A stretch of 64,000 nucleotides of DNA from Minisyncoccia bacterium (GTDB lineage Bacteria > Patescibacteriota > Minisyncoccia > Phycocordibacterales > UBA918). The stretch lies in assembly GCA_041742075.1 (NCBI GenBank), contig JBGSJJ010000005.1, forward strand, positions 17,648-81,647, given 5' to 3'. Numbering within the stretch: the stretch's first letter is position 1; every line of letters starts with the position of its first letter. Position numbers and translations under genes: made by a program. Below the pieces are notes generated by a model. It saw only the letters and a list, made by a program, of their open reading frames with translations. It ran no database searches and was not told the origin of the DNA. Positions 8,755 to 17,756 of the stretch are shown one piece after another.

Positions 8755-9486
8755 ATGTCTACCCTTATCTTCGACATTGAGACAGTTGGAGAAAGGTGGG
8801 AACATTTTGATACGGTAACTCAGGAAAGTTTAACTCGCTTTGGCGAACGAACTGCCAAAACAGACGCCGAGAAAACAGCCTACCTTAAACAGGTGCAGGC
8901 CAACTTGGGTTTCTCGCCCCTAACCGGGCACATTGTCGCAATTGCTGTGTACGATTTGGAACGTGAGAAAGGGGCGGTGTACTATACGGGTAAGGGAGAC
9001 GAAGTCGACGCCGAAGTTGACGGCTATATCTTAAAACAGAGAAGTGAGCGGGAGATGTTAGAAGATTTTTTCGAAGGAGCGAGAAGCTATGACACCTTTG
9101 TCAGTTTCAGTGGCAGAACTTTTTCGGTGCCTTTTTTGCTTCATCGGGCGGTCGTTCATGGCGTACAGCCCTTACCTGAGCTACTGGACGCAAGGTACTT
9201 AAGCCAACAAAAGAATATTGTACATATTGATTTACTTGATCAGCTTACCTTTTATGGCGTCATGTATCCAAAGCCGTCACTTCATCTGTTTTGTCGCTCC
9301 TATGGGATAGTAAGTCCGAAGCAGTCTGGTGAAACAGGGGATGGGGTCACGGAACTTTTTTCTCAACAAAAGTTCCGTGACCTAGCGTGCTATAGCGCAA
9401 GCACAGCTACTGCTGTAACCGAGTTGTATAAAAAATGGCTCGAATACCTAGCGCCAACCACGTTTTTAAATACTATTGATTTTTAG
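8755..9486 (+). CDS. RNase H-like 3'-5' exonuclease (PolB-exonuclease-like, YprB family)
   Basis: Exo I FDIET, Exo II-like VSFSGRTFSVPFL, Exo III-like HIDLLDQL...Y. Confidence 0.6.
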   Translation: MSTLIFDIETVGERWEHFDTVTQESLTRFGERTAKTDAEKTAYLKQVQANLGFSPLTGHIVAIAVYDLEREKGAVYYTGKGDEVDAEVDGYILKQRSEREMLEDFFEGARSYDTFVSFSGRTFSVPFLLHRAVVHGVQPLPELLDARYLSQQKNIVHIDLLDQLTFYGVMYPKPSLHLFCRSYGIVSPKQSGETGDGVTELFSQQKFRDLACYSASTATAVTELYKKWLEYLAPTTFLNTIDF

Positions 9487-9512
9487 TCAAAGGTTTTTGC
9501 TATACTTATGTC

Positions 9513-10745
9513 ATGCAAAAAGATATGAAATTTCCGGATGGATTTTACTGGGGGGCTGCGACTGCTTCATACCAAGTAGAAGGAGGGATAGAAAACACTG
9601 ACTGGGCAAAAGCTGCCAAAGAAGGTCGAGTGCCAGTGTGTGGCCGGGCGTGCGATCACTATAAACGCTATGAAGCAGACTTCGATATAGCGAAGAGTTT
9701 AGGACAGAATGCCCACCGCTTCTCACTAGAATGGGCTCGGATTGAACCTGAAGAAGGTAAATGGAATGAAGCTGAAGTGGAGCACTATCGTAAGGTCATT
9801 TTGGCACTGAAAGCACGTGGAATTAAGCCGTATGTAACCTTATGGCAATTTACCCAACCACTGTGGTTTTCGGAGTCGGGGGGATTTGAGCGAGCTGATT
9901 CGCCACAGGTATTTGCTCGCTACGCAAAATACGTTGCGGAAAAACTCGGCGCTGACCTGGTGGGGATTGCCACCATGAATGAACCAAATGTTTTTGGTAG
10001 TAATGGGTGGCTTCGTGGTTCTTGGCCGCCGTTTAAACGGTTTGCTTTGACTGACCTTATTTCAATTACGAACTCCGGTCGGACGTATGAGTCAAAAGCT
10101 AACAAAGGTCTCAAGCCGGTGTTTCTCTATTTTCGAGTAATGAAAAACTTAGCCCTTGCTCACAACGCCGCATCTAAAGCCATCAAAGCAGTGAATACAA
10201 CGATTGACGTCAGTGTAGTGCATCACGTGATTCGGTTTGATGCCAATTGGAATCCTTTCAATAAGCTAAAGGCGTGGGTCGCTAATTATTTTTGGACGTA
10301 TGTGTTTATGAATCGTGTCTATAAGCACTGTGACTCGATTGGTCTTAACTATTATCTCTACACTCAGTTTGGTGATACCCGTACGTGGCGCAAAACAGAC
10401 ATGGATTGGAACTTCGCGCCGGAGCATATTTATGACTGCCTGATGATGCTGAACCGCTATAAAAAGCCACTGTTTGTATCCGAAAGTGGTGTGGCTGACG
10501 CCAAAGATGTAATGCGCGCTGAATACATACTCGGTCAAGTAAAAGGTACCTGGCGGGCGATACAAGCTGGCGCTGATGTACGTGGACATATGTACTGGTC
10601 ACTCCTTGATAACTATGAGTGGGCACTTGGCTTTGAAAAACGTTTTGGACTAGTAGAAATTGACTACGAAACTCTCGAACGAAAAATTCGTCCTTCTGCA
10701 CAGGTCTACAAAAAAATCTGCGAGGACAATGGCATACTAGGTTAA
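9513..10745 (+). CDS. Glycoside hydrolase family 1 (beta-glucosidase/6-phospho-beta-glucosidase-like)
   Basis: FPDGFYWGAATASYQVEGG, acid/base NEPNV, nucleophile SESG, and C-terminal YWSLLDNYEWALGFEKRFGLVEIDY. Confidence 0.9.
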   Translation: MQKDMKFPDGFYWGAATASYQVEGGIENTDWAKAAKEGRVPVCGRACDHYKRYEADFDIAKSLGQNAHRFSLEWARIEPEEGKWNEAEVEHYRKVILALKARGIKPYVTLWQFTQPLWFSESGGFERADSPQVFARYAKYVAEKLGADLVGIATMNEPNVFGSNGWLRGSWPPFKRFALTDLISITNSGRTYESKANKGLKPVFLYFRVMKNLALAHNAASKAIKAVNTTIDVSVVHHVIRFDANWNPFNKLKAWVANYFWTYVFMNRVYKHCDSIGLNYYLYTQFGDTRTWRKTDMDWNFAPEHIYDCLMMLNRYKKPLFVSESGVADAKDVMRAEYILGQVKGTWRAIQAGADVRGHMYWSLLDNYEWALGFEKRFGLVEIDYETLERKIRPSAQVYKKICEDNGILG

Positions 10746-10754
10746 TAAGAAAGT

Positions 10755-11693
10755 ATGGCTTGGCTTATTCTTGCAACCATCGGACAGTTTTTAAACGCGG
10801 TGGTTGCCATTTTAGATAAGTACATTGTTTCAGATAAAAACAATGAGGCACTTCTGCGTCCGTTTGTGTATGCTTTTTACTCCTGTCTTTTGACGGGAGC
10901 GTGGGTCGCTGTGTATTTGCTTGGTTTTATCCCATTTCCAGACACCTTCAATGTTCCGACCTATGAGAATGTAGAGCACCCCACATTAAACGTCCTGGCA
11001 CTGTCTATCTTGGCGGCTTATACGTTTTTTATGGCGCTTGTCTCGATGTATGACGCACTGAGGCAAGCTGATGCCTCTGATGTGATGCCAGTAATTGGCG
11101 CGGTGGCTGGATTAGCTTCATTTGGAATGAACTATTACTTTCTTGATGGCAGGTTGTCGCAAAACTTTATTATCGGAGTGGTGTTGCTTTCGTTTGGTAC
11201 GCTCTTGGTTTCGAGAACGCGTTTTGATTATCGGATAGCGCTCATTACGTTGCATAGTGGTATGTTTTTTGCGCTTCACTACATCACCATGAAAGGTCTT
11301 TTTACCGAAACAACCTTTGATAATGGTTTTTTCTGGTCACGCATGGCCTTTGTTGGTTTTGCTCTCTCACTTCTTATGGTTCCTGCGTATCTTGATAAAA
11401 TTAAAGATCAAACCAAATCGACTACCAAACGGTCAGGTGTACTGATTCTGTTTAACAAAATTTTGGCTGGTATAGCCGCGTTTCTCTTACTCAAAGCTAC
11501 CGATTGGGGTGACGTAACGGTGGTGCAGGCTCTTGATGGTCTTAAGTACGTATTTATTATTGTGCTCGGGCTTATTTTTATGCGGTGGTTGCCAAAAGGT
11601 GCCACAGATGAAATTTTTGATATAGGAATTATCATGCGCAAGGTAATGTATATTGTGCTTATTACGGGAGGCTTCGTGGTACTATTTATATAA
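10755..11693 (+). CDS. Polytopic membrane protein, possibly DMT/EamA-like transporter
   Basis: About 10 predicted TM helices. Lies between two glycosidase genes. No diagnostic motif recognised. Confidence 0.35.
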   Translation: MAWLILATIGQFLNAVVAILDKYIVSDKNNEALLRPFVYAFYSCLLTGAWVAVYLLGFIPFPDTFNVPTYENVEHPTLNVLALSILAAYTFFMALVSMYDALRQADASDVMPVIGAVAGLASFGMNYYFLDGRLSQNFIIGVVLLSFGTLLVSRTRFDYRIALITLHSGMFFALHYITMKGLFTETTFDNGFFWSRMAFVGFALSLLMVPAYLDKIKDQTKSTTKRSGVLILFNKILAGIAAFLLLKATDWGDVTVVQALDGLKYVFIIVLGLIFMRWLPKGATDEIFDIGIIMRKVMYIVLITGGFVVLFI

Positions 11694-11707
11694 AGTATCG
11701 TAAACCA

Positions 11708-12709
11708 ATGAATAGAAAACGTCTTAAAGTCAGCCTACTCGCCCTGTGCGCTACAGTAGTTTTTTTAGGAGCAGTCGTGCTCTTTTTAAGTAGCAAACCG
11801 GTTCCAGAGAAGATTACGTACGGCATGTCGTTTAACACTATGTATGCCCGTGAACTGGGTCTTGATTGGAAAGAAGTGTATGACGCTATTCTAAATGATC
11901 TTGGGGTGCGTCACCTAAGACTCGCGGCACACTGGCCAATGGTAGAACCTCAGAAAGACGTTTATAACTTTGAAGAACTTGATTATCAGCTTAAGCGAGC
12001 GGAAGAGGTAGGGGCGGAAGTAGTCTTTGCGGTAGGGAAGCGCCTACCGCGCTGGCCAGAGTGCCACGTGCCAGAGTGGGCTAAAGAGCTTAGTGTTGAA
12101 GAAGAGCAAAAAGAAGTTTTGAGCTTGATAGAGATGCTGATGACACGGTACAAGGACAGCCCGGCTATTACCTACTGGCAGATTGAAAACGAGCCCTACT
12201 TAGAAGTTTTTGCTCGTGAGCACTGTGATCCGCTTGATGAAAAATTCCTCGAAGCAGAAATCGCCTTGGTCCGCAGTCTGGATAGTAGTCGACCACTTCT
12301 TGTGACTGATAGTGGAAATCTTGGTACTTGGTCAGGCGCGTACCGTCACGGTGATGCCTTTGGAACGAGTGTGTATGTACATTTTTGGAATCCAGAGTTT
12401 GGGCAGTTCCGGACTATTCTCCCGCCTTGGTTTTATCGGTTTAAGGAGAGTCTCGTCACTCTCCGTTATGGTGAGAAAGAAACTATGCTTATAGAACTGT
12501 CGGCGGAACCCTGGTTAGTTGAGCCGGTCGTTGATGTGCCGATAGATGTTCAGTTTACCCGAATGGATATCGAAAAGTTTAACGACATTTTGGAGTATGC
12601 CGAAGATACACGGTATGAAAAGCAATATCTCTGGGGCGCAGAATGGTGGTATTGGCTTTTAAAGCGTGATCATTCTGAATTATGGAATCGAGGTAAAGAA
12701 CTTTTTTAA
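11708..12709 (+). CDS. Glycoside hydrolase, GH5-like (cellulase superfamily), membrane-anchored
   Basis: N-terminal TM segment, RLAAHWPMVEP, and the catalytic acid motif WQIENEP. Confidence 0.6.
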   Translation: MNRKRLKVSLLALCATVVFLGAVVLFLSSKPVPEKITYGMSFNTMYARELGLDWKEVYDAILNDLGVRHLRLAAHWPMVEPQKDVYNFEELDYQLKRAEEVGAEVVFAVGKRLPRWPECHVPEWAKELSVEEEQKEVLSLIEMLMTRYKDSPAITYWQIENEPYLEVFAREHCDPLDEKFLEAEIALVRSLDSSRPLLVTDSGNLGTWSGAYRHGDAFGTSVYVHFWNPEFGQFRTILPPWFYRFKESLVTLRYGEKETMLIELSAEPWLVEPVVDVPIDVQFTRMDIEKFNDILEYAEDTRYEKQYLWGAEWWYWLLKRDHSELWNRGKELF

Positions 12710-13154
12710 GTTTACACAGTCTATATGAATCAAACGACCGTTTTTAGAACAAATTACGGTACACTAGTGGAGATACGTGTGTAGTATGAAATTTATTCAA
12801 TTCATCTTTGGTTTTTTGTTTGAACGGAATTGGCATACCGGCGACCTTGAGTTATCGAGGCCCAGAGTGGCACTTTTTTCAGCCATGCTCTTTTTGATAC
12901 TACTGGGGATTTTTATTGTTAGCATTTTACAAGCACCAGTTGAGTACGTAGCGTAGTAATCACTATGCGAGACGTTTTGATATATCTCGTTTTAGTCACA
13001 CTCCTTCTTTTGGGCTCACTGATTGCCGTTTACTATGTGTGGAACACACTCCAGTCACAAAAAGAGACTGAAACAACACTCCTCTCTGTCTAAAAGACAA
13101 CCATGAGCAAAAAGCTGAAGAAAGTAGACAAAGTCAAAAAAATAGAGTATAATA

Positions 13155-14273
13155 GTGGCTATGCGAGGTAGATTACTTATAGCAACCATGCTATTTTTCA
13201 GCGCTTTTCCAGGCACTGTGTTTGCTGATACAGTACTTCGAACCGGTACCGACATTAGCGTGGCTCAAGATCAGGTTATAGACGGCAATTACTATGTATC
13301 GGTTTTCTTTGGAGAAACCGCTATGTCAGGAGCGGTCGGAGGCGACATGCTCGCCCTTGGTGGTACAGTCACTATGAACGGTGAAGTGAAGAAGGATTTA
13401 CTTGTGACAGGCGGGTCTGTACAAGTGCATGGTCCGGTAGGTGAAGATATTCGTATTTTAGGTGGAGAGGTCACCATTGCTGATAAAGTCGCGGGTGACT
13501 TATTTGTGTTTGGCGGGGCACTCAGGGTTTTGCCGAGTGCTGAAATTGGCGGAGACGTATTCTTTTTTGGTGGCACAGCTGAGATAGAAGGTACGGTAAC
13601 TGGTTCAGTCTATGGAAATGCCGAACAGTTCAATATAAATGCTCCAGTTGGAAAAAATATTGATGTTAGTTCAGTACTTGGCGTTACGCTAGGTGCACGG
13701 GCTTTGGTAGGAGGAGATGTTCGTTACACAAGCGCCAGTGAACTGGTGCGAGACACAAATGCAATGGTAACGGGTACTGTGGTAAAAAATACCCAGGAAG
13801 AAGTAACAGCAAAAGAAAAACTAAAGTCCACTCTCATACCATTTTTGATACTTCTTTTCACAACCTTGTCACTTTATCTCATTTTTAAACGAGAAGTTGA
13901 ATCATTGGTTGTACAAGTTACTAACTCATATTTGGTGAGTGGTTTTGTTGGCTTGGGGGTTATTGTGTTCGGACCGCTGATTTCAGTATTACTTATGGTG
14001 ACCGTACTTGGTTTTATGGTTGGATTACTCGGGATGTTTGTCGTGTTGGCAGTTATAGTGGCTGGAGTGGCGTTTGCTTCACTGGTTATGGGAGGAATAC
14101 TCTCACTTCTGTTTGTAAAGCGAGTTGAGGTGTCACTCATCTGGATTGTCCTTGGTAGTGCGGTTTTGTATACGTGTCTCTTCATCCCAGTGTTTGGTGC
14201 AGTTTTGTATCTTTCAGTTTGTGTTATCACTATCGGTGGCTTGGTTACACTACTCTATAAGTCGATAGCCTAA
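13155..14273 (+). CDS. Membrane protein with bactofilin/CcmA-like beta-helical Gly-rich repeats and a C-terminal multi-TM region
   Basis: Signal peptide. Repeated GGDx/GGxV motifs (GGDMLALGGTVTMNGEV...GGSVQVHGPVGEDIRILGGEV...GGDVFFFGGTAEIEG) typical of polymer-forming cytoskeletal (bactofilin) repeats. Then about 4 TM helices. Confidence 0.4.
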   Translation: MAMRGRLLIATMLFFSAFPGTVFADTVLRTGTDISVAQDQVIDGNYYVSVFFGETAMSGAVGGDMLALGGTVTMNGEVKKDLLVTGGSVQVHGPVGEDIRILGGEVTIADKVAGDLFVFGGALRVLPSAEIGGDVFFFGGTAEIEGTVTGSVYGNAEQFNINAPVGKNIDVSSVLGVTLGARALVGGDVRYTSASELVRDTNAMVTGTVVKNTQEEVTAKEKLKSTLIPFLILLFTTLSLYLIFKREVESLVVQVTNSYLVSGFVGLGVIVFGPLISVLLMVTVLGFMVGLLGMFVVLAVIVAGVAFASLVMGGILSLLFVKRVEVSLIWIVLGSAVLYTCLFIPVFGAVLYLSVCVITIGGLVTLLYKSIA

Positions 14274-14368
14274 AGGTTGTACTGTGCTCTCTAGTTTTTT
14301 AGTGCGCCACTTTGTGGTGCGTTTTGTCAATGTAACCACTAAAGGCAAAATGATATACTACAGAATAC

Positions 14369-15220
14369 ATGGATGTTATAAAAGCAGTTTTGTTTGATTT
14401 ACTCCACTTTGCCTTCGCCGGTTTGCTTAATCGAAATGTAACACCAGCACCGGTTGCAAAACCATTGGCGCTTCCACTACAAGCTAGCCATCTCTCACTC
14501 CTGGCCCCGGCCCATGTGCCTACAAAGAGCGTACCAAAAAAACACGTAGCAGTAGAACCAACCCAACCAACCCAACTTTTTTCAGTCAGAGAATTCGTCA
14601 GTGTAGACGAAGCAAAAATGTATATTCACCCGACGGTGACGTTTGATGGACTCGTAGCTATTTTAAATTACGGAACAGCAGTTACCGTTCTTCACCATGA
14701 AGGCCGGTGGACATCGATTACTACCGAAAGTTTATCTGGGTGGGTACTCAAAGATTCGCTCACGAGTGATTATCCATCACTCGTACCGTTGTTTTCGTTT
14801 GGTGCCTGCTACCCGAGTGATGCTCCTGAGACAAAAAAATTACGACTATTTATTAAAGACGAGTTCGGCGCTGGAAAACTCTCGCTTCCACTTATGTCGC
14901 CAGAATACGTCACCTATCGACTGGCTCTTAAAAATATACGTTTTGCCTGGAATAACGTCCGGCCGAGAGTGGCTGGAGAATGGCAGAGATTACTGAAAGG
15001 CACACCCGGTATACATAGTGGCATTTTGCCTAAGACCGGTTCGGTTATGGAATATCTAACAGAAATGGGTGGCCAGCTCGCTTACGTAGAGGCGGTTTTT
15101 CCTGATGAAACCATCCGGGTGTCACTGATTCGTGAAGATGATGAATCACGCTATATCGAGCAAGTGTATACTAAGGAAGAATGGAAGGAGCTTGGACCGG
15201 TTTTTATTGAAGTTGCGTAA
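14369..15220 (+). CDS. Hypothetical secreted protein with a possible SH3b-like domain
   Basis: Pro/Ala-rich N-terminal region. YIHPTVTFDGLVAILNYGTAVTVLHHEGRWTSI...GWVLKDSL is SH3b-like. No catalytic motif recognised. Confidence 0.35.
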   Translation: MDVIKAVLFDLLHFAFAGLLNRNVTPAPVAKPLALPLQASHLSLLAPAHVPTKSVPKKHVAVEPTQPTQLFSVREFVSVDEAKMYIHPTVTFDGLVAILNYGTAVTVLHHEGRWTSITTESLSGWVLKDSLTSDYPSLVPLFSFGACYPSDAPETKKLRLFIKDEFGAGKLSLPLMSPEYVTYRLALKNIRFAWNNVRPRVAGEWQRLLKGTPGIHSGILPKTGSVMEYLTEMGGQLAYVEAVFPDETIRVSLIREDDESRYIEQVYTKEEWKELGPVFIEVA

Positions 15221-15340
15221 GGCACTTCGTTTTGCTATATTCAGGGTAGAAGTATGGAGCATTCGGTATGCTCTGTGGTGGCGGCAGTACTTAAGCTCCT
15301 GCTTCACAACAGAGGTGTGTGAAGGTGTTTTAGCCTCAAT

Positions 15341-15446
15341 GCTTCTGCGGCGGCGGGCCCGGCCCGTGCAGTCGACTGGGGGGCGGTCTTAGACGATCGC
15401 TCCCCAGGTTTCCGGTCCGACACAGCTTGTGTTCGGACCTTTTTTC
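15341..15446 (+). ncRNA. GC-rich structured leader or candidate cis-regulatory RNA ending in an intrinsic terminator immediately upstream of the HAD gene
   Basis: Local GC spike (gcggcggcgggcccggcccgtgcag). Hairpin CTGGGGGGCG...CGCTCCCCAG at 15376-15408. Terminator hairpin GGTCCGAcaca..tgtgTTCGGACC plus TTTTTT at 15414-15446. ATG of the HAD gene at 15461. Confidence 0.3.
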
Positions 15447-15460
15447 TATATGATGTTTGT

Positions 15461-16147
15461 ATGAAACCAGTGGCTTTTTTCGATATTGATGGAACGGTTT
15501 TTCGCTCAAGCCTCTTGATTGAGCTTGTTGAGCAACTCGTGAAAGAAGAGGTGTTTCCACCAGAAGCGCGAGATGAGTACGCGACTGCGTATACGGCGTG
15601 GCGCGATCGTGAGGGTACGTATGATGAGTACATAGAGGCGGTTATAAAGACCTACTTAAAACACATCAAAGGCGTGCACTATGGCGTCTTCGCTGATATC
15701 GGAAAGCGTGTGGTGGCGGTTCAGAGTAAACATGTGTATCGGTATACGCGCGATCTTATCAAGGAGCTCAAAGACGAAGGGTATTATTTAATCGCTATCT
15801 CTCAATCGCCAAAAACGGTACTTGATGAATTTTGTCGGCAGTATGGTTTTGATAAGGTCTATGGACGTATCTATGAACTAGGTCCACAAGACCGCTTTAC
15901 GGGAATCGTCAGTGAAGAGCACTTGATTCAAAACAAGGCAAATATTGTGAAAAGGGTATTTGAACGAAATCAAAATCTAACCCCACTCGGTTCGCTTGCC
16001 GTTGGTGATACCGAAGGGGACATTCCGCTTTTGGAAGCTGTAGAGCGACCAATTTGTTTTAATCCAAACCAAGCTCTTTATACTCACGCGACGTGGCGGA
16101 ATTGGAAAGTTGTGGTTGAACGCAAGGATGTCATTTATACGCTATAA
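15461..16147 (+). CDS. HAD-superfamily hydrolase (subfamily IB-like phosphatase)
   Basis: Motif I FFDIDGTV, then the conserved S/T and K/D motifs (LIAISQSP; GDTEGDIPLL). Confidence 0.75.
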   Translation: MKPVAFFDIDGTVFRSSLLIELVEQLVKEEVFPPEARDEYATAYTAWRDREGTYDEYIEAVIKTYLKHIKGVHYGVFADIGKRVVAVQSKHVYRYTRDLIKELKDEGYYLIAISQSPKTVLDEFCRQYGFDKVYGRIYELGPQDRFTGIVSEEHLIQNKANIVKRVFERNQNLTPLGSLAVGDTEGDIPLLEAVERPICFNPNQALYTHATWRNWKVVVERKDVIYTL

Positions 16148-16155
16148 TACCTTTT

Positions 16156-16380
16156 ATGAATAAGAAATTTTACCGGAGTAAAAAGGAAAGAATAGTTGCT
16201 GGAGTAATCGGAGGTCTCGCAACTTATTTTAATCAGAATGTACTACTGTGGCGTCTCGGGTCTCTTTTTGTCGCTCTCGCAACGGGAGTTTTTCCGGCTG
16301 TTATTGTGTATCTTGTGGCTTGGTATTATGTACCGGAGGAGAGTCTTGCGTCAGCTGACACCGTGATACATGACGTGTAG
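16156..16380 (+). CDS. PspC-domain membrane protein
   Basis: RSKKERIVAGVIGGLATYFN...TM helix...VAWYYVPEE is a typical PspC domain. Confidence 0.7.
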   Translation: MNKKFYRSKKERIVAGVIGGLATYFNQNVLLWRLGSLFVALATGVFPAVIVYLVAWYYVPEESLASADTVIHDV

Positions 16381-16388
16381 CGTACGGT

Positions 16389-17756
16389 ATGGTGGATGTA
16401 CGGAGAATACGCACGAGGAATGAACTGTCAGCTCAAAATGGGCCGGTTGCTTACTGGATGCAACGTGACCAGCGCGTAGAAGACAACTGGGCATTACTGT
16501 ATGCGCAAGAGTGCGCCTTAGCCCAAAAACAACCACTCATAGTGGTGTTTAACCTAGTGCCGGTGTTTGGAAAAACAACCGTTCGTCACTATGACTTTAT
16601 GTTTAAGGGCTTGGCTGAGGTGCAAGAAAAATTGAGTACGCTCGGTATACCGTTTGTACTTTTAGAAGGTGTACCGACGGAAACAATTCCTTTGTTTATT
16701 AAGAAGTATGGTGTCGGTCACGTTGTAACTGACTTTAACCCACTCACGTTTACCGACCTGTGGCGGACTAAGGTAGGAGACCTGCTTGAAGTAGCTCTCA
16801 CTGAAGTAGACGCTCATAACATCGTGCCAGCCTGGCACGTCAGCCAAAAGACCGAGTTTGGAGCCTATACGTTACGTCCGAAGATTCATCGTCTGCTACC
16901 TGAATTTTTAGTAGCTATTCCGCCTGTCAAAAAACATCCATATCCGTTTTTGAAGTCGCAAAAAAGAGTAGATTTTGAAAAGTTACTTACTACGGTAAAA
17001 ACAGATCGAACTGTTCTACGAGTTACCTGGCTAACTCCTGGCAGTAAGGCTGGTTTACGTGTACTTAAGGAATTTGGTGAAGGTAAAGGCGAAGACTATG
17101 CTAGTCGTCGTAACGACCCTAACAATGAGGCGCTCTCTAATCTGTCCCCGTATGTACACTTTGGACAAGTTGGCGCTCAAAGAATAGCCTTTACTATAAA
17201 GAATAGTAGCTTACCAAAGGCCGATCGTGATGCCTTTCTTGAGGAGTTGATTGTACGTCGAGAACTGGCAGATAATTATTGCCTATACACCAAAAACTAC
17301 GATAAGGTGGAAGGTGCTCCGGCGTGGGTTCAAAAAACCATTGCTGAGCACGTACACGATGCTCGAGACCATATCTATACCAAGCGAGAGTTTGAACGGG
17401 CTGAAACCAATGATGAACTTTGGAACGCTGCCCAATTAGAGATGGTAAAAACCGGAAAAATGCACGGCTTTATGCGGATGTATTGGGCGAAGAAAATTCT
17501 TGAGTGGACGCCAGACGTACAAACTGCCATTGATATTGGACTGTACTTAAATGACAAATATGAACTTGATGGTACTGATCCAAATGGTGTGGTGGGTGTG
17601 ATGTGGTCAATGTGCGGGGTCCATGATCGTGCCTGGTTTGAAAGACCAGTGTTTGGCAAGATTCGCTATATGAACTATAACGGGTGTAAACGAAAATTCG
17701 ACATAAAAAAATATATCTTAACGCACGCCAGCTCAGCGTCATTATTTAATGAATAA
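16389..17756 (+). CDS. phr: Deoxyribodipyrimidine photolyase, class II CPD type
   Basis: 455 aa. YWMQRDQRVEDNWALLYAQ and the FAD-binding C-terminus GFMRMYWAKKILEWT...WSMCG follow the class II photolyase pattern. Confidence 0.85.
   Translation: MVDVRRIRTRNELSAQNGPVAYWMQRDQRVEDNWALLYAQECALAQKQPLIVVFNLVPVFGKTTVRHYDFMFKGLAEVQEKLSTLGIPFVLLEGVPTETIPLFIKKYGVGHVVTDFNPLTFTDLWRTKVGDLLEVALTEVDAHNIVPAWHVSQKTEFGAYTLRPKIHRLLPEFLVAIPPVKKHPYPFLKSQKRVDFEKLLTTVKTDRTVLRVTWLTPGSKAGLRVLKEFGEGKGEDYASRRNDPNNEALSNLSPYVHFGQVGAQRIAFTIKNSSLPKADRDAFLEELIVRRELADNYCLYTKNYDKVEGAPAWVQKTIAEHVHDARDHIYTKREFERAETNDELWNAAQLEMVKTGKMHGFMRMYWAKKILEWTPDVQTAIDIGLYLNDKYELDGTDPNGVVGVMWSMCGVHDRAWFERPVFGKIRYMNYNGCKRKFDIKKYILTHASSASLFNE

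Noticed and set aside
15132-15392. 86-aa plus-strand ORF spanning the end of the upstream gene and the GC-rich element.
   Set aside because: It overlaps a better-supported gene out of frame, and its Arg-rich translation is a consequence of the GC-rich structured region.
15341-15446. SRP (4.5S) RNA or ZTP riboswitch assignment for the GC-rich element.
   Set aside because: It lacks the conserved SRP domain IV sequence (GGUCCGGAAGGAAGCAGC). It shows only partial resemblance to the ZTP GACUGGCG motif and lacks the second subdomain. It is kept only as an unclassified structured leader.
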